DNA from: Eledone cirrhosa | Lineage: Eukaryota | Direction: 5' to 3' | Assembly: GCA_964016885.1 (NCBI GenBank) | Contig: OZ024747.1 | Location: forward strand, 72,478,001-72,542,000 | Length of the DNA stretch: 64,000 bases | In this document: positions 41,301 through 56,300 of the stretch, piece after piece | Layout: each line of letters begins with the position of its first letter | Numbering within the stretch: position 1 is the stretch's first letter | Notes under the pieces: model-generated | The model's input: the letters and a program-made list of their open reading frames with translations, nothing else | The model's database searches: none | What the model was told of the DNA's origin: nothing | Program-made: the position numbers and the translations under genes

Positions 41301-44300
41301 AGAGACATTCAAAAGAGACGACAATGTAGAGACACATTCAAAAGAGACGACAATGTAGAGACATTCTAAAGAGACGACAATGTAGAGACATTCAAAAGAG
41401 ACGACAATGTAGAAACATTCAAAAGAGACGACAATGTAGAGACACATTCAAAAGAGACGACAATATAGAGACATTCAAAAGAGACGACAATATAGAGACA
41501 TTCAAAAGAGACGACAATGTAGAGACACGTTCAAAAGAGACGACAATGTAGAGACATTCAAAAGAGACGACAATATAGAGACACATTCAAAAGAGACGAC
41601 AATGTAGAGACATTCAAAAGAGACCACAATGTAGAGACACATTCAAAAGAGACGACAATGTAGAGACATTCAAAAGAGACGACAATGTAGAGACATTCAA
41701 AAGAGACGACAATGTAGAGACACATTCAAAAGAGACGACAATGTAGAGACATTCTAAAGAGACGACAATGTAGAGACATTCAAAAGAGACGACAATGTAG
41801 AGACACATTCAAAAGAGAAGACAATGTAGAGACATTCAAAAGAGACGACAATGTAGAAACACATTCAAAAGAGACGACAATGTAGAGACACATTCAAAAG
41901 AGACGACAATGTAGAGACATTCAAAAGAGACGACAATGTAGAGACATTCAAAAGAGACGACAATGTAGAGACATTCAAAAGAGACGACAATTTAGAAACA
42001 TTCAAAAGAGACGACAATGTAGAGACACATTCAAAAGAGACGACAATATAGAGACATTCAAAGAGACGACGATGTAGCGACACATTCAAAAGAGACGACA
42101 ATGTAGAGACATTCAAAAGAGACGACAACGTAGAGACATTCAAAAGAGACGACAATGTAGAGACACATTCAAAAGAGACGACAATGTAGAGACATTCAAA
42201 AGAGACGACAATATAGAGACACATTCAAAAGAGACGACAATGTAGAGACATTCAAAAGAGACGACAATATAGAGACACATTCAAAAGAGACGACAATGTA
42301 GAGACATTCAAAAGAGACGACAATGTAGAGACACTCAAAAGAGACGACAATGTAGAAACACATTCAAAAGAGAGGACAATGTAGAGACACATTCAAAAGA
42401 GACGACAATGTAGAGACATTCAAAAGAGACGACAATGTAGAGACATTCAAAAGAGACGACAATGTAGAGACATTCAAAAGAGACGACAATGTAGAAACAT
42501 TCAAAAGAGACGACAATGTAGAGACACATTCAAAAGAGACGACAATATAGAGACATTCAAAAGAGACGACGATGTAGAGACACATTCAAAAGAGACGACA
42601 ATGTAGAGACATTCAAAAGAGACGACAATGTAGAGACATTCAAAAGAGACGACAATGTAGAGACATTCAAAAGAGACGACAATGTAGAGACACATTCAAA
42701 AGAGACGACAATGTAGCGACATTCAAAAGAGACGACAATGTAGAGACACATTCAAAAGAGACGACAATGTAGAGACATTCAAAAGAGACGACAATATAGA
42801 GACACATTCAAAAGAGACGACAATATAGAGACATTCAAAAGAGACGACAATGTAGAGACACATTCAAAAGAGACGACAATATAGAGACATTCAAAAGAGA
42901 CGACAATATAGAGACATTCGAAAGAGACGACAATGTAGAGACACATTCAAAAGAGACGACAATATAGAGACATTCAAAAGAGACGACAATATAGAGACAT
43001 TCAAAAGAGACGACAATGTAGAGACACATTCAAAAGAGACGACGATGTAGAGACATTCAAAAGAGACGACAATGTAGAGACACATTCAAAAGAGACGACA
43101 ATGTAGAGACACATTGAAAAGAGACGACAATGTAGAAACATTCAAAAGAGACGACAATGTAGAGACACATTCAAAAGAGACGACAATATAGAGACGTTCA
43201 AAAGAGACGACAATATAGAGACATTCAAAAGAGACGACAATGTAGAGACATTCAAAAGAGACGACAATGTAGAAACACATTCAAAAGAGACGACAATGTA
43301 GAGACACATTCAAAAGAGACGACAATGTAGAGACATTCAAAAGAGACGACAATGTAGAGACATTCAAAAGAGACGACAATGTAGAGACATTCAAAAGAGA
43401 CGACAATGTAGAAACATTCAAAAGAGACGACAATGTAGAGACACATTCAAAAGAGACGACAATATAGAGACATTCAAAAGAGACGACAATATAGAGACAT
43501 TCAAAAGAGACGACAATGTAGAAACACATTCAAAAGAGACGACAATGTAGAGACATTCAAAAGAGACGACAATGTAGAGACACATTCAAAAGAGACGACA
43601 ATGTACAGACACATTCAAAAGAGATGACAATGTAGAGACACATTCAAAAGAGACGACAATGTAGAGCCATTCAAAAGAGACGATAATGTAGAGACACATT
43701 CAAAAGAGACGACAATGTAGAGACACATTCAAAAGAGACGACAATGTAGAGACACATTCAAAAGAGCGACAATGTAGAGACATTCAAAAGAGACGACAAT
43801 GTAGAGACACATTCAAAAGAGACGACAATGTAGAGACATTCAAAAGAGACGACAATGTAGAGACACATTCAAAAGAGACGACAATGTAGAGACACATTCA
43901 AAAGAGACGACAATATAGAGACATTCAAAAGAGACGACAATATAGAGACATTCAAAAGAGACGACAATGTAGAAACACATTCAAAAGAGACGACAATGTA
44001 GAGACACATTCAAAAGAGACGACAATGTAGAGACACATTCAAAAGAGACGACAATATAGAGACATTCAAAATAGACGACAATATAGAGACATTCAAAAGA
44101 GACGACAATGTAGAAACACATTCAAAAGAGACGACAATGTAGAGACATTCAAAAGAGACGACAATGTAGAGACACATTCAAAAGAGACGACAATGTAGAG
44201 ACATTCAAAAGAGACGACAATGTAGAGACACATTCAAAAGAGACGACAATGTAGAGACATTCAAAAGAGACGACAATGTAGAGACACATTCAAAAGAGAC

Positions 44301-47300
44301 GACAATATAGAGACATTCAAAAGAGACGACAATATAGAGACATTCAAAAGAGACGACAATGTAGAGACACATTCAAAAGAGCCGACGATGTAGAGACATT
44401 CAAAAGAGACGACAATGTAGAGACACATTCAAAAGAGACGACAATATAGAGACATTCAAAAGAGACGACAATGTAGAGACATTCAAAAGAGACGACAATA
44501 TAGAGACATTCAAAAGAGACGACAATGTAGAAACACATTCAAAAGAGACGTCAATGTAGAGACACATTCAAAAGAGACGACAATGTAGAGACACATTCAA
44601 AAGAGACGACATTGTAGAAACATTCAAAAGAGACGACAATGTAGAGACACATTCAAAAGAGACGACAATATAGAGACATTCAAAAGAGACGACAATATAG
44701 AGACATTCAAAAGAGACGACAATGTAGAAACACATTCAAAGAGACGACAATGTAGAGACACATTCAAAAGAGACGACAATGTAGAGACATGCAAAAGAGA
44801 CGACAATGTAGAGACATTCAAAGGAGACGACAATGTAGAGACATTCAAAAGAGACGACAATGTAGAGACATTCAAAAGAGACGACAATATAGAGACACAT
44901 TCAAAAGAGACGACAATGTAGAGACATTCAAAAGAGACGACAATGTAGAGACACATTAAAAATAGACGACAATGTAGAGACATTCAAAAGAGACGACAAT
45001 GTAGAAACATTCAAAAGAGACGACAATGTAGAGACACATTCAAAAGAGACGACAATATAGAGACATTCAAAAGAGACGACAATATAGAGACACATTAAAA
45101 AGAGACGACAATGTAGAGACATTCAAAAGAGACGACAATGTAGAGACACATTCAAAAGAGACGACAATGTAGAGACATTCAAAAGAGACGACAATGTAGA
45201 GACATTCAAAAGAGACGACAATGTAGAGACACATTCAAAAGAGACGACAATGTAGAGACATTCTAAAGAGACGACAATGTAGAGACATTCAAAAGAGACG
45301 ACGATGTAGAGACACATTCAAAAGAGAAGACAATGTAGAGACATTCAAAAGAGACGACAATGTAGAGACACATTCAAAAGAGACGACAATGTAGAGACAT
45401 TCAAAAGAGACGACAATGTAGAGACACTCAAAAGAGACGACAATGTAGAAACACATTCAAAAGAGAGGACAATGTAGAGACACATTCAAAAGAGACGACA
45501 ATGTAGAGACATTCAAAAGACACGACAATGTAGAGAAATTCAAAAGAGACGACAATGTAGAGACATTCAAAAGAGACGACAATGTAGAAACATTCCAAAG
45601 AGACGACAATGTAGAGACACATTCAAAAGAGACGACAATATAGAGACATTCAAAAGAGACGACGATGTAGAGACACATTCAAAAGAGACGACAATGTAGA
45701 GACATTCAAAAGAGACGACAATGTAGAGACATTCAAAAGAGACGACAATGTAGAGACATTCAAAAGAGACGACAATGTAGAGACACATTCAAAAGAGACG
45801 ACAATGTAGCGACATTCAAAAGAGACGACAATGTAGAGACACATTCAAAAGAGACGACAATGTAGAGACATTCAAAAGAGACGACAATATAGAGACACAT
45901 TCAAAAGAGACGACAATATAGAGACATTCAAAAGAGACGACAATGTAGAGACACATTCAAAACAGACGACAATATAGAGACATTCAAAAGAGACGACAAT
46001 ATAGAGACATTCGAAAGAGACGACAATGTAGAGACACATTCAAAAGAGACGACAATATAGAGACATTCAAAAGAGACGACAATATAGAGACATTCAAAAG
46101 AGACGACAATGTAGAGACACATTCAAAAGAGACGACGATGTAGAGACATTCAAAAGAGACGACAATGTAGAGACACATTCAAAAGAGACGACAATGTAGA
46201 GACACATTGAAAAGAGACGACAATGTAGAAACATTCAAAAGAGACGACAATGTAGAGACACATTCAAAAGAGACGACAATATAGAGACGTTCAAAAGAGA
46301 CGACAATGTAGAGACATTCAAAAGAGACGACAATGTAGAAACACATTCAAAAGAGAAGACAATGTAGAGACATTCAAAAGAGACGACAATGTAGAGACAC
46401 ATTCAAAAGAGACGACAATGTAGAGACATTCAAAAGAGACGACAATATAGAGACATTCAAAAGAGACGACAATATAGAGACATTCAAAAGAGACGACAAT
46501 GTAGAAACACATTCAAAAGAGACGACAATGTAGAGACATTCAAAAGAGACGACAATGTAGAGACACATTCAAAAGAGACGACAATGTACAGACACATTCA
46601 AAAGAGATGACAATGTAGAGACACATTCAAAAGAGACGACAATGTAGAGCCATTCAAAAGAGACGATAATGTAGAGACACATTCAAAAGAGACGACAATG
46701 TAGAGACACATTCAAAAGAGACGACAATGTAGAGACACATTCAAAAGAGCGACAATGTAGAGACATTCAAAAGAGACGACAATGTAGAGACACATTCAAA
46801 AGAGACGACAATGTAGAGACATTCAAAAGAGACGACAATGTAGAGACACATTCAAAAGAGACGACAATGTAGAGACACATTCAAAAGAGACGACAATATA
46901 GAGACATTCAAAAGAGACGACAATATAGAGACATTCAAAAGAGACGACAATGTAGAAACACATTCAAAAGAGACGACAATGTAGAGACACATTCAAAAGA
47001 GACGACAATGTAGAGACACATTCAAAAGAGACGACAATATAGAGACATTCAAAATAGACGACAATATAGAGACATTCAAAAGAGACGACAATGTAGAAAC
47101 ACATTCAAAAGAGACGACAATGTAGAGACATTCAAAAGAGACGACAATGTAGAGACACATTCAAAAGAGACGACAATGTAGAGACATTCAAAAGAGACGA
47201 CAATGTAGAGACACATTCAAAAGAGACGACAATGTAGAGACATTCAAAAGAGACGACAATGTAGAGACACATTCAAAAGAGACGACAATATAGAGACATT

Positions 47301-50300
47301 CAAAAGAGACGACAATATAGAGACATTCAAAAGAGACGACAATGTAGAGACACATTCAAAAGAGCCGACGATGTAGAGACATTCAAAAGAGACGACAATG
47401 TAGAGACACATTCAAAAGAGACGACAATATAGAGACATTCAAAAGAGACGACAATGTAGAGACATTCAAAAGAGACGACAATATAGAGACATTCAAAAGA
47501 GACGACAATGTAGAAACACATTCAAAAGAGACGTCAATGTAGAGACACATTCAAAAGAGACGACAATGTAGAGACACATTCAAAAGAGACGACATTGTAG
47601 AAACATTCAAAAGAGACGACAATGTAGAGACACATTCAAAAGAGACGACAATATAGAGACATTCAAAAGAGACGACAATATAGAGACATTCAAAAGAGAC
47701 TACAATGTAGAAACACATTCAAAGAGACGACAATGTAGAGACACATTCAAAAGAGACGACAATGTAGAGACATGCAAAAGAGACGACAATGTAGAGACAT
47801 TCAAAGGAGACGACAATGTAGAGACATTCAAAAGAGACGACAATGTAGAGACATTCAAAAGAGACGACAATATAGAGACACATTCAAAAGAGACGACAAT
47901 GTAGAGACATTCAAAAGAGACGACAATGTAGAGACACATTAAAAATAGACGACAATGTAGAGACATTCAAAAGAGACGACAATGTAGAGACACATTCAAA
48001 AGAGACGACAATGTAGAGACATTCAAAAGAGACGACAATGTAGAGACATTCAAAAGAGACGACAATGTAGAGACACATTCAAAAGAGACGACAATGTAGA
48101 GACATTCTAAAGAGACGACAATGTAGAGACATTCAAAAGAGACGACGATGTAGAGACACATTCAAAAGAGAAGACAATGTAGAGACATTCAAAAGAGACG
48201 ACAATGTAGAGACACATTCAAAAGAGACGACAATGTAGAGACATTCAAAAGAGACGACAATGTAGAGACACTCAAAAGAGACGACAATGTAGAAACACAT
48301 TCAAAAGAGAGGACAATGTAGAGACACATTCAAAAGAGACGACAATGTAGAGACATTCAAAAGACACGACAATGTAGAGAAATTCAAAAGAGACGACAAT
48401 GTAGAGACATTCAAAAGAGACGACAATGTAGAAACATTCCAAAGAGACGACAATGTAGAGACACATTCAAAAGAGACGACAATATAGAGACATTCAAAAG
48501 AGACGACGATGTAGAGACACATTCAAAAGAGACGACAATGTAGAGACATTCAAAAGAGACGACAATGTAGAGACATTCAAAAGAGACGACAATGTAGAGA
48601 CATTCAAAAGAGACGACAATGTAGAGACACATTCAAAAGAGACGACAATGTAGCGACATTCAAAAGAGACGACAATGTAGAGACACATTCAAAAGAGACG
48701 ACAATGTAGAGACATTCAAAAGAGACGACAATATAGAGACACATTCAAAAGAGACGACAATATAGAGACATTCAAAAGAGACGACAATGTAGAGACACAT
48801 TCAAAAGAGACGACAATATAGAGACATTCAAAAGAGACGACAATATAGAGACATTCGAAAGAGACGACAATGTAGAGACACATTCAAAAGAGACGACAAT
48901 ATAGAGACATTCAAAAGAGACGACAATATAGAGACATTCAAAAGAGACGACAATGTAGAGACACATTCAAAAGAGACGACGATGTAGAGACATTCAAAAG
49001 AGACGACAATGTAGAGACACATTCAAAAGAGACGACAATGTAGAGACACATTGAAAAGAGACGACAATGTAGAAACATTCAAAAGAGACGACAATGTAGA
49101 GACACATTCAAAAGAGACGACAATATAGAGACGTTCAAAAGAGACGACAATATAGAGACATTCAAAAGAGACGACAATGTAGAGACATTCAAAAGAGACG
49201 ACAATGTAGAAACACATTCAAAAGAGAAGACAATGTAGAGACATTCAAAAGAGACGACAATGTAGAGACACATTCAAAAGAGACGACAATGTAGAGACAT
49301 TCAAAAGAGACGACAATATAGAGACACATTCAAAAGAGACGACAATGTAGAGACATTCAAAAGAGACGACAATGTAGAGACATTCAAAAGAGACGACAAT
49401 GTAGAGACATTCAAAAGAGACGACAATGTAGAGACACATTCAAAAGAGACGACAATGTAGAGACACATTCAAAAGAGACGACAATATAGAGACATTCAAA
49501 AGAGACGACAATATAGAGACATTCAAAAGAGACGACAATGTAGAAACACATTCAAAAGAGATGACAATGTAGAGACATTCAAAAGAGACGACAATGTAGA
49601 GACACATTCAAAAGAGACGACAATGTAGAGACATTCAAAAGAGACGACAATGTAGAGACACATTCAAAAGAGACGACAATATAGAGACATTCAAAAGAGA
49701 CGACAATATAGAGACATTCAAAAGAGACGACAATGTAGAGACATTCAAAAGAGACGACAATGTAGAAACATTCAAAAGAGACGACAATGTAGAGACACAT
49801 TCAAAAGAGACGACAATATAGAGACATTCAAAAGAGACGACGATGTAGAGACACATTCAAAAGAGACGACAATGTAGAGACATTCAAAAGAGACGACAAT
49901 GTAGAGACATTCAAAAGAGACGACAATGTAGAGACATTCAAAAGAGACGACAATGTAGAGACACATTCAAAAGAGACGACAATGTAGCGACATTCAAAAG
50001 AGACGACAATGTAGAGACACATTCAAAAGAGACGACAATGTAGAGACATTCAAAAGAGACGACAATATAGAGACACATTCAAAAGAGACGACAATATAGA
50101 GACATTCAAAAGAGACGACAATATAGAGACATTCGAAAGAGACGACAATGTAGAGACACATTCAAAAGAGACGACAATATAGAGACATTCAAAAGAGACG
50201 ACAATATAGAGACATTCAAAAGAGACGACAATGTAGAGACACATTCAAAAGAGACGACGATGTAGAGACATTCAAAAGAGACGACAATGTAGAGACACAT

Positions 50301-53300
50301 TCAAAAGAGACGACAATGTAGAGACACATTGAAAAGAGACGACAATGTAGAAACATTCAAAAGAGACGACAATGTAGAGACACATTCAAAAGAGACGACA
50401 ATATAGAGACGTTCAAAAGAGACGACAATATAGAGACATTCAAAAGAGACGACAATGTAGAGACATTCAAAAGAGACGACAATGTAGAAACACATTCAAA
50501 AGAGAAGACAATGTAGAAAACATTCAAAAGAGACGACAATGTAGAGACACATTCAAAAGAGACGACAATGTAGAGACATTCAAAAGAGACGACAATATAG
50601 AGACACATTCAAAAGAGACGACAATGTAGAGACATTCAAAAGAGACGACAATGTAGAGACATTCAAAAGAGACGACAATGTAGAGACATTCAAAAGAGAC
50701 GACAATGTAGAAACACATTCAAAAGAGACGACAATGTAGAGACACATTCAAAAGAGACGACAATGTAGAGACATTCAAAAGAGACGACAATGTAGAGACA
50801 TTCAAAAGAGACGACAATGTAGAGACATTCAAAAGAGACGACAATGTAGAAACATTCAAAAGAGACGACAATGTAGAGACACATTCAAAAGAGACGACAA
50901 TATAGAGACATTCAAAAGAGACGACAATATAGAGACATTCAAAAGAGACGACAATGTAGAAACACATTCAAAAGAGACGACAATGTAGAGACATTCAAAA
51001 GAGACGACAATGTAGAGACACATTCAAAAGAGACGACAATGTACAGACACATTCAAAAGAGATGACAATATAGAGACACATTCAAAAGAGACGACAATGT
51101 AGAGACATTCAAAAGAGACGACAATGTAGAGACATTCAAAAGAGACGACAATGTAGAGACATTCAAAAGAGACGACAATGTAGAGACACATTCAAAAGAG
51201 ACGACAATGTAGAGACACATTCAAAAGAGACGACAATATAGAGACATTCAAAAGAGACGACAATATAGAGACATTCAAAAGAGACGACAATGTAGAAACA
51301 CATTCAAAAGAGATGACAATGTAGAGACATTCAAAAGAGACGACAATGTAGAGACACATTCAAAAGAGACGACAATGTAGAGACATTCAAAAGAGACGAC
51401 AATGTAGAGACACATTCAAAAGAGACGACAATATAGAGACATTCAAAAGAGACGACAATATAGAGACATTCAAAAGAGACGACAATGTAGAGACATTCAA
51501 AAGAGACGACAATGTAGAAACATTCAAAAGAGACGACAATGTAGAGACACATTCAAAAGAGACGACAATATAGAGACATTCAAAAGAGACGACGATGTAG
51601 AGACACATTCAAAAGAGACGACAATGTAGAGACATTCAAAAGAGACGACAATGTAGAGACATTCAAAAGAGACGACAATGTAGAGACATTCAAAAGAGAC
51701 GACAATGTAGAGACACATTCAAAAGAGACGACAATGTAGCGACATTCAAAAGAGACGACAATGTAGAGACACATTCAAAAGAGACGACAATGTAGAGACA
51801 TTCAAAAGAGACGACAATATAGAGACACATTCAAAAGAGACGACAATATAGAGACATTCAAAAGAGACGACAATGTAGAGACACATTCAAAAGAGACGAC
51901 AATATAGAGACATTCAAAAGAGACGACAATATAGAGACATTCGAAAGAGACGACAATGTAGAGACACATTAAAAAGAGACGACAATATAGAGACATTCAA
52001 AAGAGACGACAATATAGAGACATTCAAAAGAGACGACAATGTAGAGACACATTCAAAAGAGACGACGATGTAGAGACATTCAAAAGAGACGACAATGTAG
52101 AGACACATTCAAAAGAGACGACAATGTAGAGACACATTGAAAAGAGACGACAATGTAGAAACATTCAAAAGAGACGACAATGTAGAGACACATTCAAAAG
52201 AGACGACAATATAGAGACGTTCAAAAGAGACGACAATATAGAGACATTCAAAAGAGACGACAATGTAGAGACATTCAAAAGAGACGACAATGTAGAAACA
52301 CATTCAAAAGAGAAGACAATGTAGAAAACATTCAAAAGAGACGACAATGTAGAGACACATTCAAAAGAGACGACAATGTAGAGACATTCAAAAGAGACGA
52401 CAATATAGAGACACATTCAAAAGAGACGACAATGTAGAGACATTCAAAAGAGACGACAATGTAGAGACATTCAAAAGAGACGACAATGTAGAGACATTCA
52501 AAAGAGACGACAATGTAGAAACACATTCAAAAGAGACGACAATGTAGAGACACATTCAAAAGAGACGACAATGTAGAGACATTCAAAAGAGACGACAATG
52601 TAGAGACATTCAAAAGAGACGACAATGTAGAGACATTCAAAAGAGACGACAATGTAGAAACATTCAAAAGAGACGACAATGTAGAGACACATTCAAAAGA
52701 GACGACAATATAGAGACATTCAAAAGAGACGACAATATAGAGACATTCAAAAGAGACGACAATGTAGAAACACATTCAAAAGAGACGACAATGTAGAGAC
52801 ATTCAAAAGAGACGACAATGTAGAGACACATTCAAAAGAGACGACAATGTACAGACACATTCAAAAGAGATGACAATGTAGAGACACATTCAAAAGAGAC
52901 GACAATGTAGAGCCATTCAAAAGAGACGATAATGTAGAGACACATTCAAAAGAGACGACAATGTAGAGACACATTCAAAAGAGACGACAATGTAGAGACA
53001 CATTCAAAAGAGCGACAATGTAGAGACATTCAAAAGAGACGACAATGTAGAGACACATTCAAAAGAGACGACAATGTAGAGACATTCAAAAGAGACGACA
53101 ATGTAGAGACACATTCAAAAGAGACGACAATGTAGAGACACATTCAAAAGAGACGACAATATAGAGACATTCAAAAGAGACGACAATATAGAGACATTCA
53201 AAAGAGACGACAATGTAGAAACACATTCAAAAGAGACGACAATGTAGAGACACATTCAAAAGAGACGACAATGTAGAGACACATTCAAAAGAGACGACAA

Positions 53301-56300
53301 TATAGAGACATTCAAAATAGACGACAATATAGAGACATTCAAAAGAGACGACAATGTAGAAACACATTCAAAAGAGACGACAATGTAGAGACATTCAAAA
53401 GAGACGACAATGTAGAGACACATTCAAAAGAGACGACAATGTAGAGACATTCAAAAGAGACGACAATGTAGAGACACATTCAAAAGAGACGACAATGTAG
53501 AGACATTCAAAAGAGACGACAATGTAGAGACACATTCAAAAGAGACGACAATATAGAGACATTCAAAAGAGACGACAATATAGAGACATTCAAAAGAGAC
53601 GACAATGTAGAGACACATTCAAAAGAGCCGACGATGTAGAGACATTCAAAAGAGACGACAATGTAGAGACACATTCAAAAGAGACGACAATATAGAGACA
53701 TTCAAAAGAGACGACAATGTAGAGACATTCAAAAGAGACGACAATATAGAGACATTCAAAAGAGACGACAATGTAGAAACACATTCAAAAGAGACGTCAA
53801 TGTAGAGACACATTCAAAAGAGACGACAATGTAGAGACACATTCAAAAGAGACGACATTGTAGAAACATTCAAAAGAGACGACAATGTAGAGACACATTC
53901 AAAAGAGACGACAATATAGAGACATTCAAAAGAGACGACAATATAGAGACATTCAAAAGAGACGACAATGTAGAAACACATTCAAAGAGACGACAATGTA
54001 GAGACACATTCAAAAGAGACGACAATGTAGAGACATGCAAAAGAGACGACAATGTAGAGACATTCAAAGGAGACGACAATGTAGAGACATTCAAAAGAGA
54101 CGACAATGTAGAGACATTCAAAAGAGACGACAATATAGAGACACATTCAAAAGAGACGACAATGTAGAGACATTCAAAAGAGACGACAATGTAGAGACAC
54201 ATTAAAAATAGACGACAATGTAGAGACATTCAAAAGAGACGACAATGTAGAAACATTCAAAAGAGACGACAATGTAGAGACACATTCAAAAGAGACGACA
54301 ATATAGAGACATTCAAAAGAGACGACAATATAGAGACACATTAAAAAGAGACGACAATGTAGAGACATTCAAAAGAGACGACAATGTAGAGACACATTCA
54401 AAAGAGACGACAATGTAGAGACATTCAAAAGAGACGACAATGTAGAGACATTCAAAAGAGACGACAATGTAGAGACACATTCAAAAGAGACGACAATGTA
54501 GAGACATTCTAAAGAGACGACAATGTAGAGACATTCAAAAGAGACGACGATGTAGAGACACATTCAAAAGAGAAGACAATGTAGAGACATTCAAAAGAGA
54601 CGACAATGTAGAGACACATTCAAAAGAGACGACAATGTAGAGACATTCAAAAGAGACGACAATGTAGAGACACTCAAAAGAGACGACAATGTAGAAACAC
54701 ATTCAAAAGAGAGGACAATGTAGAGACACATTCAAAAGAGACGACAATGTAGAGACATTCAAAAGACACGACAATGTAGAGAAATTCAAAAGAGACGACA
54801 ATGTAGAGACATTCAAAAGAGACGACAATGTAGAAACATTCCAAAGAGACGACAATGTAGAGACACATTCAAAAGAGACGACAATATAGAGACATTCAAA
54901 AGAGACGACGATGTAGAGACACATTCAAAAGAGACGACAATGTAGAGACATTCAAAAGATACGACAATGTAGAGACATTCAAAAGAGACGACAATGTAGA
55001 GACATTCAAAAGAGACGACAATGTAGAGACACATTCAAAAGAGACGACAATGTAGCGACATTCAAAAGAGACGACAATGTAGAGACACATTCAAAAGAGA
55101 CGACAATGTAGAGACATTCAAAAGAGACGACAATATAGAGACACATTCAAAAGAGACGACAATATAGAGACATTCAAAAGAGACGACAATGTAGAGACAC
55201 ATTCAAAAGAGACGACAATATAGAGACATTCAAAAGAGACGACAATATAGAGACATTCGAAAGAGACGACAATGTAGAGACACATTCAAAAGAGACGACA
55301 ATATAGAGACATTCAAAAGAGACGACAATATAGAGACATTCAAAAGAGACGACAATGTAGAGACACATTCAAAAGAGACGACGATGTAGAGACATTCAAA
55401 AGAGACGACAATGTAGAGACACATTCAAAAGAGACGACAATGTAGAGACACATTGAAAAGAGACGACAATGTAGAAACATTCAAAAGAGACGACAATGTA
55501 GAGACACATTCAAAAGAGACGACAATATAGAGACGTTCAAAAGAGACGACAATATAGAGACATTCAAAAGAGACGACAATGTAGAGACATTCAAAAGAGA
55601 CGACAATGTAGAAACACATTCAAAAGAGAAGACAATGTAGAGACATTCAAAAGAGACGACAATGTAGAGACACATTCAAAAGAGACGACAATGTAGAGAC
55701 ATTCAAAAGAGACGACAATATAGAGACACATTCAAAAGAGACGACAATGTAGAGACATTCAAAAGAGACGACAATGTAGAGACATTCAAAAGAGACGACA
55801 ATGTAGAGACATTCAAAAGAGACGACAATGTAGAGACACATTCAAAAGAGACGACAATGTAGAGACACATTCAAAAGAGACGACAATATAGAGACATTCA
55901 AAAGAGACGACAATATAGAGACATTCAAAAGAGACGACAATGTAGAAACACATTCAAAAGAGATGACAATGTAGAGACATTCAAAAGAGACGACAATGTA
56001 GAGACACATTCAAAAGAGACGACAATGTAGAGACATTCAAAAGAGACGACAATATAGAGACACATTCAAAAGAGACGACAATATAGAGACATTCAAAAGA
56101 GACGACAATGTAGAGACACATTCAAAAGAGACGACAATATAGAGACATTCAAAAGAGACGACAATATAGAGACATTCGAAAGAGACGACAATGTAGAGAC
56201 ACATTCAAAAGAGACGACAATATAGAGACATTCAAAAGAGACGACAATATAGAGACATTCAAAAGAGACGACAATGTAGAGACACATTCAAAAGAGACGA

